Source: a virus
Taxonomy: Duplodnaviria > Caudoviricetes
Direction: 5' to 3' (one strand)
Length of the DNA: 59,425 nt
Virus record (IMG/VR): IMGVR_UViG_3300049144_000150
Coordinates: 1-59,425 of that record
The notes below the pieces were generated by a model, which did not search any database, had not been told where the DNA came from, and saw only the letters and a program-made list of their open reading frames with translations. Shown here in pieces: positions 9,794 to 20,444 of the stretch. The position numbers and the translations under genes were made by a program. How positions within the stretch are numbered: position 1 is the first letter of the stretch; the number at the start of each line of letters is the position of its first letter.

Positions 9794-10492
9794 GTGGGAA
9801 TCAGGATCAACAAGGTGATCGGCTATGGCCTGGACGATGTGGTCACGGAGAACGGGGTGATCTCCGACCCTCGAATCAACCCCGACAGCCCCCTGCTGAT
9901 CGGCATCGACGAGGACGGCGACGATTACTGGACCTTCCTGGAGGGGATCGCCGAGGCGGGTGACGAGACCGCCCAGCACGAACTGCTCCTGATGAAGATG
10001 CTCACCGACCGGGAGGCCGACACCCGCTGGCTGGTGACCCATCAGGCGGAGTACGGGCTGCCGAACGTGCTCGTCGTGCGCCCGGTCGGGTTCCCGGACT
10101 GGCACCGCCACGACGACCCGATCGACTACCAGGAGGAGGTGCTGCGCGAGGATCACCCGGATCCCCGGGTGGTGCGCCCCCTTGGGGGCCTCTACCCGTT
10201 CAACGGCCTGCACATGGACGTCCGGACGGGGGAGCGGATCGAGGGAACCATGGTCAACACCTGGCGTCGCGCGGCCAGCGGCACCTCCGAGGACGAGGAC
10301 GAGGAGAACCGTCTTGCGGTGCTCGACCTGCTGGCGCGTGGCTTCGGTTACGCCGACCATGTCGAAGCCGAACGCTTCGTGGCGCCGCTCGTGCCGCACG
10401 AGGTCCGTCATGTCTGCGCTTGGGGCAAGCTGTTCACCAGCAAGGAAGTCTGCTTCCAGCTCCGGCCGTTGATCTACACCTACTGGGCCTGA
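9794..10492 (+). CDS. Hypothetical protein
   Basis: CGGAAAGGAG RBS, GTG 9794, high GC3. Confidence 0.7.
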   Translation: MGIRINKVIGYGLDDVVTENGVISDPRINPDSPLLIGIDEDGDDYWTFLEGIAEAGDETAQHELLLMKMLTDREADTRWLVTHQAEYGLPNVLVVRPVGFPDWHRHDDPIDYQEEVLREDHPDPRVVRPLGGLYPFNGLHMDVRTGERIEGTMVNTWRRAASGTSEDEDEENRLAVLDLLARGFGYADHVEAERFVAPLVPHEVRHVCAWGKLFTSKEVCFQLRPLIYTYWA

Positions 10493-10512
10493 CGGCCCGA
10501 AGGGGGAACGTG

Positions 10513-10665
10513 ATGAGCGAAGCCGACTCGTTCGGTCACCTGTCCGCCGATGAGAAGGAAGCCCTGGCGGCCGAGGCGGCGGCGACGGTCAACCGCACCC
10601 TGGCGGAACTCTTCCTGCGCCTGGGGCCCCCTCCAGGCTCCGCCGACAGTCAGACGCAGGGGTGA
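10513..10665 (+). CDS. Small hypothetical protein
   Basis: AGGGGG RBS; followed by terminator-like hairpin at about 10681-10712. Confidence 0.45.
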   Translation: MSEADSFGHLSADEKEALAAEAAATVNRTLAELFLRLGPPPGSADSQTQG

Positions 10666-10960
10666 CACGCCTGCTCGAACCGAAGGGCCCGGCCGTGAGG
10701 CTGGGCCCTTCGTGTGTCACATGCCAGACCCGTTGACCTCCCGGACGTGGGGCAGGTCTGCAACCGCAGCATGGCGCGGCCGAGATCGACCCGACTCGGC
10801 CATGCGTGACTAACAGGTTTCTCCGGCTTTGCATGACTGTTTTTCACCAGCCTGTTCACCGGATGCCCAGAACCTATAAAACCGCAGGTCAGAGCGATTG
10901 TCAGTGGCCCCCTATAGAGTGGAAACATCGCTGGAGGAACGCCGGAAAAGGGGTAGGGGC

Positions 10961-12052
10961 ATGCCGGTAAAGAAGATCGCGCACAAGGTCAACCACGTCT
11001 CTCTGGTCATGGACCGTTCCGGGTCCATGGGGCGCCACGAGAGCCAGGTCATTCGCGTCGTGGACGAGTTCGTGAAGGGTCTGAAGGAGGAGTCGGACCG
11101 GCTCGGTCACGAGACCCGCATCTCGCTGTACCAGTTCGACCACAACGTGGAGAACCTGGTCTGGGACATGGACGTCAAGCACCTGCCGTCCATGCAGGGC
11201 CGGTACCACGTCGAGGGCGGCGCCACCGCGCTGATCGAGGCGGCCGTGCAGTCCATCGACGACCTGAAGCACATCTGGGAGGGCTATGGCGAGCACTCCT
11301 TCCTCCAGGTCGTCGTCACCGACGGCGAGGAGAACGCCTCCGGCTGCTCGGAGACGGGCCGGATGCACACCCGGATGTACGGCTCCCAGGGCCGCGCCGA
11401 GCTGGACAAGTGGGTTGGCCGGATCCGGACGGCGATGGGCGACCTTCCGGGGCACTGGACGTCCGCGATCCTCGTCCCCAACTCCTTGGCCAAGCGCACC
11501 GCGCAGGGCTACGGCTTCCCGGCGGGGAACATCGCCATCTGGGACGCCGACTCCACCCAGGGCGTCGAGGAGGCCATCGGCACCGTCAAGACGGCGGCCA
11601 CCAGCTTCCTGCGGGGTCGCGAGCAGGGCGTGCGCGGCACGAAGAACCTGTTCGCGATGGGTCAGGATCTGTCCAGCATCGAGGTGAAGGCCAACCTCGA
11701 TGCCCTGGACACCGGCAAGTACATCCTCATCCCGGTCGACCAGGAGATGCAGATCCGCGACTTCGTCACCCGCGCCGGACACCCGTACAGGACCGGCTGC
11801 GCCTTCTACCAGCTCTCCAAGCGTGAGAAGGTCCAGGGCAACAAGCAGATCGCCGTCGCCGAGAAGGACCCGGCCACCGGCCGCATGACGGGCAAGGTCT
11901 TCTCGGGTCCGGCCGCTCGCCAGCTCCTCGGCCTGCCGGAGACCGAGGTCACGGTCAAGCCGGGCCACAACGACAAGTACACGATCTTCGTGCAGTCGAC
12001 TTCGGTCAACCGCAAGCTGATCCCCGGCACGAAGCTCCTCGTGATGCTGTAG
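10961..12052 (+). CDS. vWA-domain protein with C-terminal accessory domain
   Basis: MIDAS DRSGS, GGATAL and VVVTDGEEN motifs; TAGAGT -10 at 10915-10920. Confidence 0.85.
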   Translation: MPVKKIAHKVNHVSLVMDRSGSMGRHESQVIRVVDEFVKGLKEESDRLGHETRISLYQFDHNVENLVWDMDVKHLPSMQGRYHVEGGATALIEAAVQSIDDLKHIWEGYGEHSFLQVVVTDGEENASGCSETGRMHTRMYGSQGRAELDKWVGRIRTAMGDLPGHWTSAILVPNSLAKRTAQGYGFPAGNIAIWDADSTQGVEEAIGTVKTAATSFLRGREQGVRGTKNLFAMGQDLSSIEVKANLDALDTGKYILIPVDQEMQIRDFVTRAGHPYRTGCAFYQLSKREKVQGNKQIAVAEKDPATGRMTGKVFSGPAARQLLGLPETEVTVKPGHNDKYTIFVQSTSVNRKLIPGTKLLVML

Positions 12053-12311
12053 GAGTTCACGGCCAAGTAGCGGAATTGCCGCTATAGTTCTTTCACCTTC
12101 CCGTCGTCGGAGGGTGACGGAGACCCCCTGTTGCAGGCGTAATGCCACCCAGCCCGGTGAGCCTGCATCAGGGGGTTTTCGGATTTCCCCTTATGCTGAA
12201 TACGCGCAGCGCAGACGGCCGTTCTTCCGAGGGGACGGCTGTCTGCGCTTTTCGCGATCTACAGCCCGCTCATCAGCAACTACGCTGATCCCATTGGGAG
12301 AGGGGGCTCGA

Positions 12312-15300
12312 ATGCCGCTGCCTACGGAGCGCACTGTCACAGGGAAGTACGTCAATCCGGTCACCGGAGAGCCGTACGACGGAACGAACGGTCAGAATTA
12401 CGTCATATTCGAGCCGGTGCCGGACCGCTGGACCGATCAGACGGGAAATCAAATCCTGCTCGGCGGCGGCCGGGTGAACCTCGCGGCTGACGGCACTTTC
12501 GCCGAGGACGTGGTGTGCACCGATGTCGATGGAGTTCTTCCCGAGGACGGCCGCCTGTGGCGGCTGCGCCAGTACATCGGCGGGACCTGGGCGGAAGCCC
12601 AGTACATCAAGGTACCCATGGGGGAAGGTCCGCTCGACATCAGCGACCTGCTCTCTGTCGACCTGTGCGGCGTCGAGTACGTTCCGGTCCCGGGGCCGAA
12701 GGGTGACCCCGGCCAGCAGGGTGAGCCGGGCCCGCAGGGCAAGCCCGGACTGGATGGGGGGCTCGACACCGGCATCACCTCCGGCGGCGACCTGACGCCC
12801 AACGCCTCCAACCCGTTGGCCGTCGACATCTCCCCGCTCACCGGCCGGATCGTCGACTACTCGACCGACCCGGTCACCGTCACGCCCGTCGAGGTGGCCG
12901 CGACGACCACGGTCGAGCTGGACTCGATCGCGCAGACGAGGGCGGTCACCTGGCTGCTGATGGGATCCGACGGATCCGTCTTCCAGCAGGAGGCTCGGCC
13001 CTCCCCGGAAGACCGGCGCAACTTCCTGGCGCTCGGAGTTGTCGTACAGGACGGCGGATCCATCGTCCTCGCACAGTCCATACCCACGCTCATCGAGCAG
13101 CCGGTCAACCAGTTCTACGACTTCCTCGACGCCATCGGCGCCTTCAACATGTCGGGCAACACCATCAGCCCGAACGGCGCCAACCTGATGCTCGACCACT
13201 CCAGCGGCCAGGTCTTCTCCCGGGGCTGGAACCACTTCGACGGCGTCGCCAAGACCAAGAACCCGCACATCGTCACCACGGTCGGCGCATCCCCGGCCCC
13301 CTGGGTGCACGTCCTGCGGGACTCTCCACTCACTCCGTCCACCGCAACCACCACCGTGGACGTGGGGCACTACGACGCCGACGGCGTCCTCGCTCCGGCG
13401 GTCGGCGGCGCCGTAGTGCACCAGCTCTGGATCTTCCCCACCTCCGATGGTGCGGAGATCCATGTCCTTCAGTACGGCCAGCAAGTCTTCGACTCGCTGG
13501 CCGAGGCGATCGACGGGGCAGCCGTCACGCCCATCACGCCCAACCCGGCACTGCCGGGCAACGCGGTCCTGCTCGCCTACCTGGCTGTGACGCCGGATGC
13601 CACCGATCTCTCCGATCCCACCCAGGCTCAGGTCGTCGCCGCCTCCCGGTTCGGCGGCGGGTCCAGCGCAGGCGGCGGCGGGGGAGACGTCAGCGGCTAC
13701 GCCCGCCTCTCCGGCGCCGAGTTCACCGGCCCCATCGGCACCCGAATGGATGCGGCGGAGGACATCGCCCAGTACTCACGGACCACCACCGACACACAGG
13801 ATCGTTTCCGCAGGCTGTCCGACGGCACTCAGCAGTGGGGTGACGGCAGCGCCCCGCCCGACGCCGAGCTGCGCCGCCTGGCCGCCGGACTCCTGGGATT
13901 CCTCGGCACAGACCTCCTCGTTGGTCAGGCGGACGCCAAGGCGTACCGCATGAGCCAGTCCGGTGAAGTACTGGACTTCGAAGGAGCGGGCGCCGACCTG
14001 ATCCTGTCCGTCTACGAGCTGGCCAACTTCGCCTCCACCCAACATGCGTACCTGCGGCTGGAGTCGGCCACCCGGCTCGCTCACGCCCTGGGCAAATGGA
14101 TCTTTTCCGACACGCCACTCGGCGCCGCCGTGCACACCCTGGACGGCGAAGCCAACCAGCTCGGATTCCACGGCGCGACCCCTGTTGGACAGCAGACCGT
14201 GACTGGCGACCGTTCCACCGGGGACGCCCTCTACAGCCTGCTGCAAGCCCTCGACGCCGTCGGCTTGATCTCCGACACCTCCACGCCCGGAACGCCCCCC
14301 GTGCGCACCGTGAACGGCGAGGAGGGCCCCGACGTCACCCTCGACGCCGCCAACATCGGAGCAATCCCCGCCGAGGAGAAGGGGGCGGCGGACGGCGTGG
14401 CCACGCTTGATGCCGCGAGTAAACTTCCCCTGGGTCAGGTACCGGACCTTCCTGCCTCTCAGATCAGCTCAGGAACCTTCGCCTCGGCCCGCATTCCGGA
14501 CCTTTCCTCGAAGTACCTGACCGTCGACCGTCGAGGAGCTGTTTTCGGCGTCGCCCCGCTCAGCGGCACCGGCATGGTCCCTTTCAACTTCGTCGACAGC
14601 CTCCCAGCCTCGAAGATCAACGCAGGTGTCTTCGATCGGGCCCGCATCCCGGACCTCTCCGGCACCTACCTCACCCCCGCACAGGCCAGCACCCTCTACT
14701 CCACCAAGGACTCCCTGGTCTTCAACGCCAAGGAGCACGGAGCCTTGGCCGACGGCACCACTGACGACCAGCCCGTCATCCAGGGTCTGCTGAACTCGTC
14801 CCCGGCGGGCAGCACCGTCATCCTGCCGCCCGGCACCTACGGCACCAATGCGCCGATCGTGGTGCCGCCGGGTAAGACGCTGCGCGGCATGCGCACGAAT
14901 CTGATGGGTGTCGTCGGCCTGTACGACCCGCAGGTCTGCATCAAACCGCTGTCCACCTTCACGGGCGTGGCCGCCATCCGCTTCCTGGACCAGGCTGAAG
15001 GCGGATACACCGCCATCAGCGGCGAGCAGCGCGTTCTCGACCTCATGCTCGACGGTGTGAACGTGACTGCCGGGGCTGACGGCATCCAGGCGAAGGGGAA
15101 CATCCAGAACGTCGCACTCAGGGACGTCACGATCGCCCGCTTCCCCAACTCCGGCATCTACTGCGGACTAGGCGGCGACAACATCGCCCCCTACTCCTGG
15201 CGCATGCACCGCGTGATGCTTGACAACAACCACACGCACGGCATGTACGGCGACCGCATGGTGGACCTGACGGCCGTCGACTGCCAGGCCATCGGTAACT

Positions 15301-18300
15301 GGTCCAACGGGTTCATGTTCGGCAACAGCGCCAACAGCCAGCTCATCGGCTGCCGGGCCGAATGGAACGGCAATCACGGCTTCTACCTGACCGGGGACTG
15401 GGGCCTGGGTGCCGGAGCCGGAGGGGCGCTGCTGTCCGGCTGCTCGACCGACCGCAACGGCTACAACGGCGTCTTCATCGACGTGGTGGGCACCAACGCC
15501 CCGCTCGTCATCTCCGGCCTGATGACCCGCCGGGACGGGCGCAACGGCGGAGCGGGCGGCGGGGGCTACGCAGGCGTGGCCGCCCTCAACAGTTCCATGC
15601 CCCTCATCATCGGCGACTGGACGAACTTCCCCGGCACCGACGATGACGGCACCCAGGCCAACAGTCCCGAGTTCGGCGGCTCGTTCGACAACTGCGACCA
15701 CGTCCAGATCGACAACGCCTACCTCCACGCGGACGTGAAGGGCCTGAACGACGCTGGAAACAACCGGGCCCTCCGGCTCGGCTCGGCCATCACCTACGGC
15801 GTCGGCACCACCGAGACGCTGGTGCGCACCCCGGCTCACAGCAACCAGATAACCGTCGCCGCCTCCGACTCCCGGACGAAGAAGGGCGCCGACTACGTCT
15901 GCACCGGGGTCGACGACCACCTCGTGATCCAGCAGGCCATCGACCTGGTCAACGCGGCTCCCGGCAAGGGCACCGTGAGGCTGCTGGACGGCACGTTCAA
16001 CCTGGGCGCCACCCTCTCCGTCCCGCCCGGCGCCGGACTAAGGATCGTCGGTTCAGGGTGGGGCACCGTCCTGAAGAACGCCCCCGCCAGCAACATCTAC
16101 GCGATCACCTTCGCCGGACCGGGGGAGACTCGGGCGCACTTCGCCGACCTCACCGTGGACGGCAACCTGACCGCCCAGACGGCAGGCGGCGGTATCTGGG
16201 CACCCGGCGCAGTCGAGTGCGTCTTCCAGAACCTGCACGTCACCGCCTGCTACGACACCGGCCTCTACCTGGGGCCCCAGGCCGACAACGCGTTCGGGCA
16301 CAACAACCACGTCAGCCAGTGCCTGTTCGACAATGCCATGGCCAGCCCCGGAGCGGGGCGCGGTATCCGCACCCAGAGCAACGACGAGAATTTCATCGTC
16401 GCCTGCGACTTCCAGTTCCTCGGAGGGGCCACCGCACAGGCTGCGGGCGTCTACGACCAGGCCGGAACCCAGACCATCCTGGGGTGCAACTTCGTGGGCG
16501 GAGGCAACAGCATGCCCGCCGTCCGCGTGCAGGACGCCGCCGCCACCAAGATCATGGGCTGCAACTTCGACGGAGTCGGCGGAGACGCGGTGTTCCTGGC
16601 TGCCAGCAACTGCGTGGTCCAGGGAAACATCATCTTCGGGGTAGGGGTGATCGGCACCGCAGGCGCCTACACCGGCATCCACCTGGAGTACGCGGCCACC
16701 AACAACCTCGTCTCCGGGAACTCCATCGCCTCGGCCGACGCCAACGGTGCAGCCCACTCCCTGATCCGCGAGGAGTCGGTCGGCGACTCGGGCAACAACA
16801 GCATCATCGGCAACGTCCTCATCACCAAGGGCACGATGACGGTCGGCCCCCTCGACCTCAACGCGCCGGGCACGCTGGTCCGCGCCAACAGGGGTGGTGG
16901 CGTGCTGGGCGACCCGCCCCCTCCGATTCGCGAGTTCGCCGGTCCGGTCTCCGACGCCAGCTTCCCCGCCAACCGGCCCCCGGCCAACGGCACCCTCGGC
17001 ATCGACTCCGCCAACCGGCGCCTGTACGCCCGCATCGGCGGAACCTGGAGCTACCAGTCCTTCGCCGCTACCGCTCGCGCACTGCCCGGGGCCCGTTTCG
17101 TGGCCGCCTCCAACGCCCCGGCGGCCGACAAGCAGGTGGCCGACTACGTCTGCGACGGCACGGCCGACAACGTCGAGATTCAGGCTGCCATCGACGCCGC
17201 ACAGGCGGAGGGCGGCGGCGTCGTCATCCTCTCGGCAGGCAACTTCAACCTGGCGGCCACCCTCGTCATCAACGGAACCACCAACGAGGACGACGCGAAG
17301 ACCGTCACCCTGCTCGGCCAGGGCCAGCAGGTCACTGAGCTGACCGTGGCCTCCGGCGTCACGGGCATCACGATCTCGAACTGGGCCCAGGTCAACCTCG
17401 ACTCGTTCTGCCTGTTCATCTCGGGTGCAGGCATCGGCATCAAGTCGGTCGGCGTCACCTCCGGCAACACGATGAGCTTCTGGCACTCCAGCTTCAGGAA
17501 CCTGCGCATCAACGGCGGGTTCGTCGCGACCTCCACCACGTGGGGCATGGAACTGGACGTTCCGTGGCGTTCGGTCTTCGAGAACATCGAGATCGAGGGG
17601 TGCAGGAACGGCATAAAGATCATCAACAATTCCACGGTACAGAACGCCGGAGACTGTGTCTTCAGCCGCTTCTTCGTGGAGATCGTGGGCAACGACGGGT
17701 ACGCCCTGTACTTCGACTCCATCGACGGCAACATGAACCAGAACATCTGGGACATGTTCGAAGCTGGGGCGAACGGGTCGGGCTGCACCGGCATCTACCT
17801 CGGCGGCGCCGTCGGCACGGCAAGTCAGCGGTTCTACGGCCTCAACCTGGAACAGTTCCAGACGCTCATCAACGTGGCCAACGGCGAGAGCAACGAGTTC
17901 TACTGCAACTACGTCACTGCCGACAGCGGCCAGGCCGGGAACAAGGCGTTCGTCTGCGGCTCGAACTCCTACAACAACCTCTTCCAGGCCAAGTGGGTCA
18001 ACGTCGAGACCAACGGAACGCTCCAGGTCATCGAAGATCTGAACACCACATCGGCCGCTCCGAACATCTTCGAGCGGATCCGGATCGAGAACAACAACGG
18101 CGGAACCGTCACCTACACCAAATCCTCCTCGACGGTGATCCGGGACATCGTCTCCTTCAATACCGGCAACCCGCTTCCGGCAGGTCTGCTCCAGTACCCG
18201 CTCAGCACGGTCAACGACCCGACCTTCACCCCGTCCGACCACGGACTGGTCACCTGGACCACCGAGCCTTCGTCGCTGGGTTCGACCAACACCCTGGCCA

Positions 18301-18743
18301 CAGGCACGGTCTACCTGTGCAAGGTCAAGATCGTCAACCGGTCGACGGTGGTCTCCAACATCCTCATGGGCATCACGAACACCCCGACCAACCTCACCGC
18401 AGGACAGAACGTGGCCGGGCTGTACAACAGCAGCGGCACCCTTCTGGCCCAGACCGCCGACCAGACCTCCAACTGGCTCTCGGCGGGCCTGAAGACGATG
18501 CCTCTGACCGCGCCGGTCACGCTGGCCGTGGGCACCTACTACGTGGCCTTCCTCTCCAACGGCACCGGAACACAGCCCAGCATCTTCTCGGCGGGCGGCT
18601 TCTCCAGCGCGGTGAATGCGGGGCTCAGCACGGGCCAGGCCCGCTTCCTCAACACAGCGGCGGGCAACACGGCCCTTCCCGCCACCATCACCCTGTCCGC
18701 ACAGAGCACCAACATCGCCTCCCGCTGGGCGGCGCTCAACTAA
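12312..18743 (+). CDS. Very large tail-fibre/tail-spike-like protein: collagen linker plus three parallel beta-helix (pectate-lyase-like) modules
   Basis: Actinophage-tail-like N-terminus; GPKGDPGQQGEPGPQG; three DG..DD/DN..IQ.AI-type module starts followed by N/G-rich beta-helix repeats. Confidence 0.75.
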   Translation: MPLPTERTVTGKYVNPVTGEPYDGTNGQNYVIFEPVPDRWTDQTGNQILLGGGRVNLAADGTFAEDVVCTDVDGVLPEDGRLWRLRQYIGGTWAEAQYIKVPMGEGPLDISDLLSVDLCGVEYVPVPGPKGDPGQQGEPGPQGKPGLDGGLDTGITSGGDLTPNASNPLAVDISPLTGRIVDYSTDPVTVTPVEVAATTTVELDSIAQTRAVTWLLMGSDGSVFQQEARPSPEDRRNFLALGVVVQDGGSIVLAQSIPTLIEQPVNQFYDFLDAIGAFNMSGNTISPNGANLMLDHSSGQVFSRGWNHFDGVAKTKNPHIVTTVGASPAPWVHVLRDSPLTPSTATTTVDVGHYDADGVLAPAVGGAVVHQLWIFPTSDGAEIHVLQYGQQVFDSLAEAIDGAAVTPITPNPALPGNAVLLAYLAVTPDATDLSDPTQAQVVAASRFGGGSSAGGGGGDVSGYARLSGAEFTGPIGTRMDAAEDIAQYSRTTTDTQDRFRRLSDGTQQWGDGSAPPDAELRRLAAGLLGFLGTDLLVGQADAKAYRMSQSGEVLDFEGAGADLILSVYELANFASTQHAYLRLESATRLAHALGKWIFSDTPLGAAVHTLDGEANQLGFHGATPVGQQTVTGDRSTGDALYSLLQALDAVGLISDTSTPGTPPVRTVNGEEGPDVTLDAANIGAIPAEEKGAADGVATLDAASKLPLGQVPDLPASQISSGTFASARIPDLSSKYLTVDRRGAVFGVAPLSGTGMVPFNFVDSLPASKINAGVFDRARIPDLSGTYLTPAQASTLYSTKDSLVFNAKEHGALADGTTDDQPVIQGLLNSSPAGSTVILPPGTYGTNAPIVVPPGKTLRGMRTNLMGVVGLYDPQVCIKPLSTFTGVAAIRFLDQAEGGYTAISGEQRVLDLMLDGVNVTAGADGIQAKGNIQNVALRDVTIARFPNSGIYCGLGGDNIAPYSWRMHRVMLDNNHTHGMYGDRMVDLTAVDCQAIGNWSNGFMFGNSANSQLIGCRAEWNGNHGFYLTGDWGLGAGAGGALLSGCSTDRNGYNGVFIDVVGTNAPLVISGLMTRRDGRNGGAGGGGYAGVAALNSSMPLIIGDWTNFPGTDDDGTQANSPEFGGSFDNCDHVQIDNAYLHADVKGLNDAGNNRALRLGSAITYGVGTTETLVRTPAHSNQITVAASDSRTKKGADYVCTGVDDHLVIQQAIDLVNAAPGKGTVRLLDGTFNLGATLSVPPGAGLRIVGSGWGTVLKNAPASNIYAITFAGPGETRAHFADLTVDGNLTAQTAGGGIWAPGAVECVFQNLHVTACYDTGLYLGPQADNAFGHNNHVSQCLFDNAMASPGAGRGIRTQSNDENFIVACDFQFLGGATAQAAGVYDQAGTQTILGCNFVGGGNSMPAVRVQDAAATKIMGCNFDGVGGDAVFLAASNCVVQGNIIFGVGVIGTAGAYTGIHLEYAATNNLVSGNSIASADANGAAHSLIREESVGDSGNNSIIGNVLITKGTMTVGPLDLNAPGTLVRANRGGGVLGDPPPPIREFAGPVSDASFPANRPPANGTLGIDSANRRLYARIGGTWSYQSFAATARALPGARFVAASNAPAADKQVADYVCDGTADNVEIQAAIDAAQAEGGGVVILSAGNFNLAATLVINGTTNEDDAKTVTLLGQGQQVTELTVASGVTGITISNWAQVNLDSFCLFISGAGIGIKSVGVTSGNTMSFWHSSFRNLRINGGFVATSTTWGMELDVPWRSVFENIEIEGCRNGIKIINNSTVQNAGDCVFSRFFVEIVGNDGYALYFDSIDGNMNQNIWDMFEAGANGSGCTGIYLGGAVGTASQRFYGLNLEQFQTLINVANGESNEFYCNYVTADSGQAGNKAFVCGSNSYNNLFQAKWVNVETNGTLQVIEDLNTTSAAPNIFERIRIENNNGGTVTYTKSSSTVIRDIVSFNTGNPLPAGLLQYPLSTVNDPTFTPSDHGLVTWTTEPSSLGSTNTLATGTVYLCKVKIVNRSTVVSNILMGITNTPTNLTAGQNVAGLYNSSGTLLAQTADQTSNWLSAGLKTMPLTAPVTLAVGTYYVAFLSNGTGTQPSIFSAGGFSSAVNAGLSTGQARFLNTAAGNTALPATITLSAQSTNIASRWAALN

Positions 18744-18754
18744 GGAGGGTCCTC

Positions 18755-18928
18755 ATGGCGTTCGACCAGAAAACGAAGAGCATCGTTCTGATCCCGGCCG
18801 GTGTCCTCGGCGCCTACGACACCGAGGCCGACGCGATATCGGCCGCACAGGCGGCCCTCACGAGCCCGGAGATGGAAGTCTTCGCGGCCTGGGTGGTGCC
18901 CGCCATCCAGGTGACCGGCACCCCCTGA
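18755..18928 (+). CDS. Small protein after the tail-spike gene (possible chaperone)
   Basis: TAAGGAGG RBS overlapping the upstream stop; 57 aa. Confidence 0.6.
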   Translation: MAFDQKTKSIVLIPAGVLGAYDTEADAISAAQAALTSPEMEVFAAWVVPAIQVTGTP

Positions 18929-18934
18929 GACGCG

Positions 18935-18976
18935 CAACGGCCCCGTCCCGGCAGGATCGCTGGGGCGGGGCCGTTG
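18935..18976. terminator. Bidirectional intrinsic terminator
   Basis: CAACGGCCCCGTCCC...GGGGCGGGGCCGTTG stem between convergent genes. Confidence 0.65.
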
Positions 18977-18989
18977 GTGTGTCCGACGG

Positions 18990-19199
18990 TCAGAAGCCGC
19001 CGCTGTCGCACGAGCTGGACGACGAGCTGCCGGAGTCGTACGACGACGAGCTGCTGCACGAGCTGGACGACGAGTCCGAGAACGACGCCGTGTACATGGC
19101 GGTGTTCGCGGCGGTGGTGTCCGGCGTGGTGGAGCCCGGACGGGACGAGGAGCCGGTCTTCTTCTGGAGGGCCCTCTTGCCCTGCTTCTTCAGCGTCAT
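18990..19199 (-). CDS. Small Ser-rich protein
   Basis: 69 aa ending SDSSSSSCSSSSSYDSGSSSSSSCDSGGF; high GC3; ends at the terminator. Confidence 0.55.
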   Translation of the reverse strand: MTLKKQGKRALQKKTGSSSRPGSTTPDTTAANTAMYTASFSDSSSSSCSSSSSYDSGSSSSSSCDSGGF

Positions 19200-19403
19200 A
19201 CCGGCATCTTTTCCACCCGGCTCCGGAACATCACCCGACTTGAGGAAGTACAGAGGTTTTCCAGCGAATTCCTACCTGTTTTCTGGATCGCTGGCGTACT
19301 CTCGTAGTGAGTCCTCCTGGAGCCGGGGGGGCGACGGCGTCCGCCCCAGCGGGCGCCCGTGCCGAGCGGCCACCTTCCTCCCCCGTAGAAGGTGGCCGCT
19401 CAT

Positions 19404-19913
19404 TCATTTCGTGCGCCAGGCCCGGTAGTAGCGGGCGAGCTTCCTGCGGGCCCCGGGCCACCCCATCGCCTTCTGCGGCCCGTCCACGGTGAGATAGCTG
19501 CGCGCGCCTGCTCGGCTCGTCCCCTCCGCGCTCACGTCCATCAATAGGCCCTCTCCCAGCAGGGCATCCAGGGCCTCCCGGGCTCTCGCCTTGGATGTCG
19601 GCTTCCCGTTGACGCCCGGCAGCAGCCAGCAGACCTGATCGAGGGTCATGGGCGGGATTCCCGGGCCCTGTTCGAACTGCATGCTGCGCAGGATGCACCA
19701 GAGCCGGAATGCCGTCGGATTGATCCGTTCGTTCAGCATGATCCAGTCGGGGATCAGTGTGAAGGCGGGCCTGCGCCAGGTTCGGCGCCTGCGTCGGGCC
19801 TGGGCACGCAACTGCACTGCGGGGATCTCGGCCTGTTCCACTTCCCTCCCCTCCTGGTCCTGTGGAGAACCTTCCCAGAGACGGGGCGAGGACGGGGCCT
19901 CGCGGTTCATCAC
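19404..19913 (-). CDS. HTH_36-like winged-helix protein
   Basis: FTLIPDWIMLNERINPTAFRLWCIL...AREALDALLGEGLL. Confidence 0.7.
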   Translation of the reverse strand: MMNREAPSSPRLWEGSPQDQEGREVEQAEIPAVQLRAQARRRRRTWRRPAFTLIPDWIMLNERINPTAFRLWCILRSMQFEQGPGIPPMTLDQVCWLLPGVNGKPTSKARAREALDALLGEGLLMDVSAEGTSRAGARSYLTVDGPQKAMGWPGARRKLARYYRAWRTK

Positions 19914-20290
19914 TCGTGTTCGACGAGGTCGGAGTTGTAGCCCTCGTACCGGGCGTCACCGAGGAAGACGCGCAGCCGCTTCGCGATGTCCAGCCATTCC
20001 TCGTAGGTCTCGCGGGGCATCCACTCCTCCTTGTTGAAGGAGAAGTCCCCGGCCCAGTCCTCATAGCTGTCGGCAGCCTCGGCGGTCTGCGAGAACCGGA
20101 TCGCCGGGCCGAGAATGCTGGCAGCGGAGGGATTGGTGTCGTCGCTGGCGGCGCTCTGCGACCAGTCGTGTTCCAGCGTGCGGTCCTCCAGGTGGAAAGT
20201 TCCATGGAACGCCCTGACGTCTCCCACCACCTTCGAGGTGTAGGTCAGCGTGACGCCATCAGCGGCAAGAGCTTCGGACAGGGTCTTCAA
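19910..20290 (-). CDS. Hypothetical acidic protein
   Basis: GAGGAGG RBS before TTG; ATGA overlap with next gene. Confidence 0.7.
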   Translation of the reverse strand: MKTLSEALAADGVTLTYTSKVVGDVRAFHGTFHLEDRTLEHDWSQSAASDDTNPSAASILGPAIRFSQTAEAADSYEDWAGDFSFNKEEWMPRETYEEWLDIAKRLRVFLGDARYEGYNSDLVEHE

Positions 20291-20370
20291 GGAGTCCTCC
20301 TCGCGTCGGCATTCCCCGGCATCGCCGAGGCTGCATCATTGCTGCTCAAGTCTACCTTCCAACAGCGGAC

Positions 20371-20399
20371 TTGACGGCCTAGGCCGTTCATGGAAGAGT
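20371..20399 (+). promoter_or_regulatory. Promoter with ACGGCCTAGGCCGT operator palindrome
   Basis: TTGACG-17 bp-AAGAGT; palindrome 20374-20387 overlaps the -35 and spacer. Confidence 0.65.
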
Positions 20400-20444
20400 A
20401 ATCCATGTCGCCAGGAATGGTGGCCTCGGAAAGGAGACCAAAAG

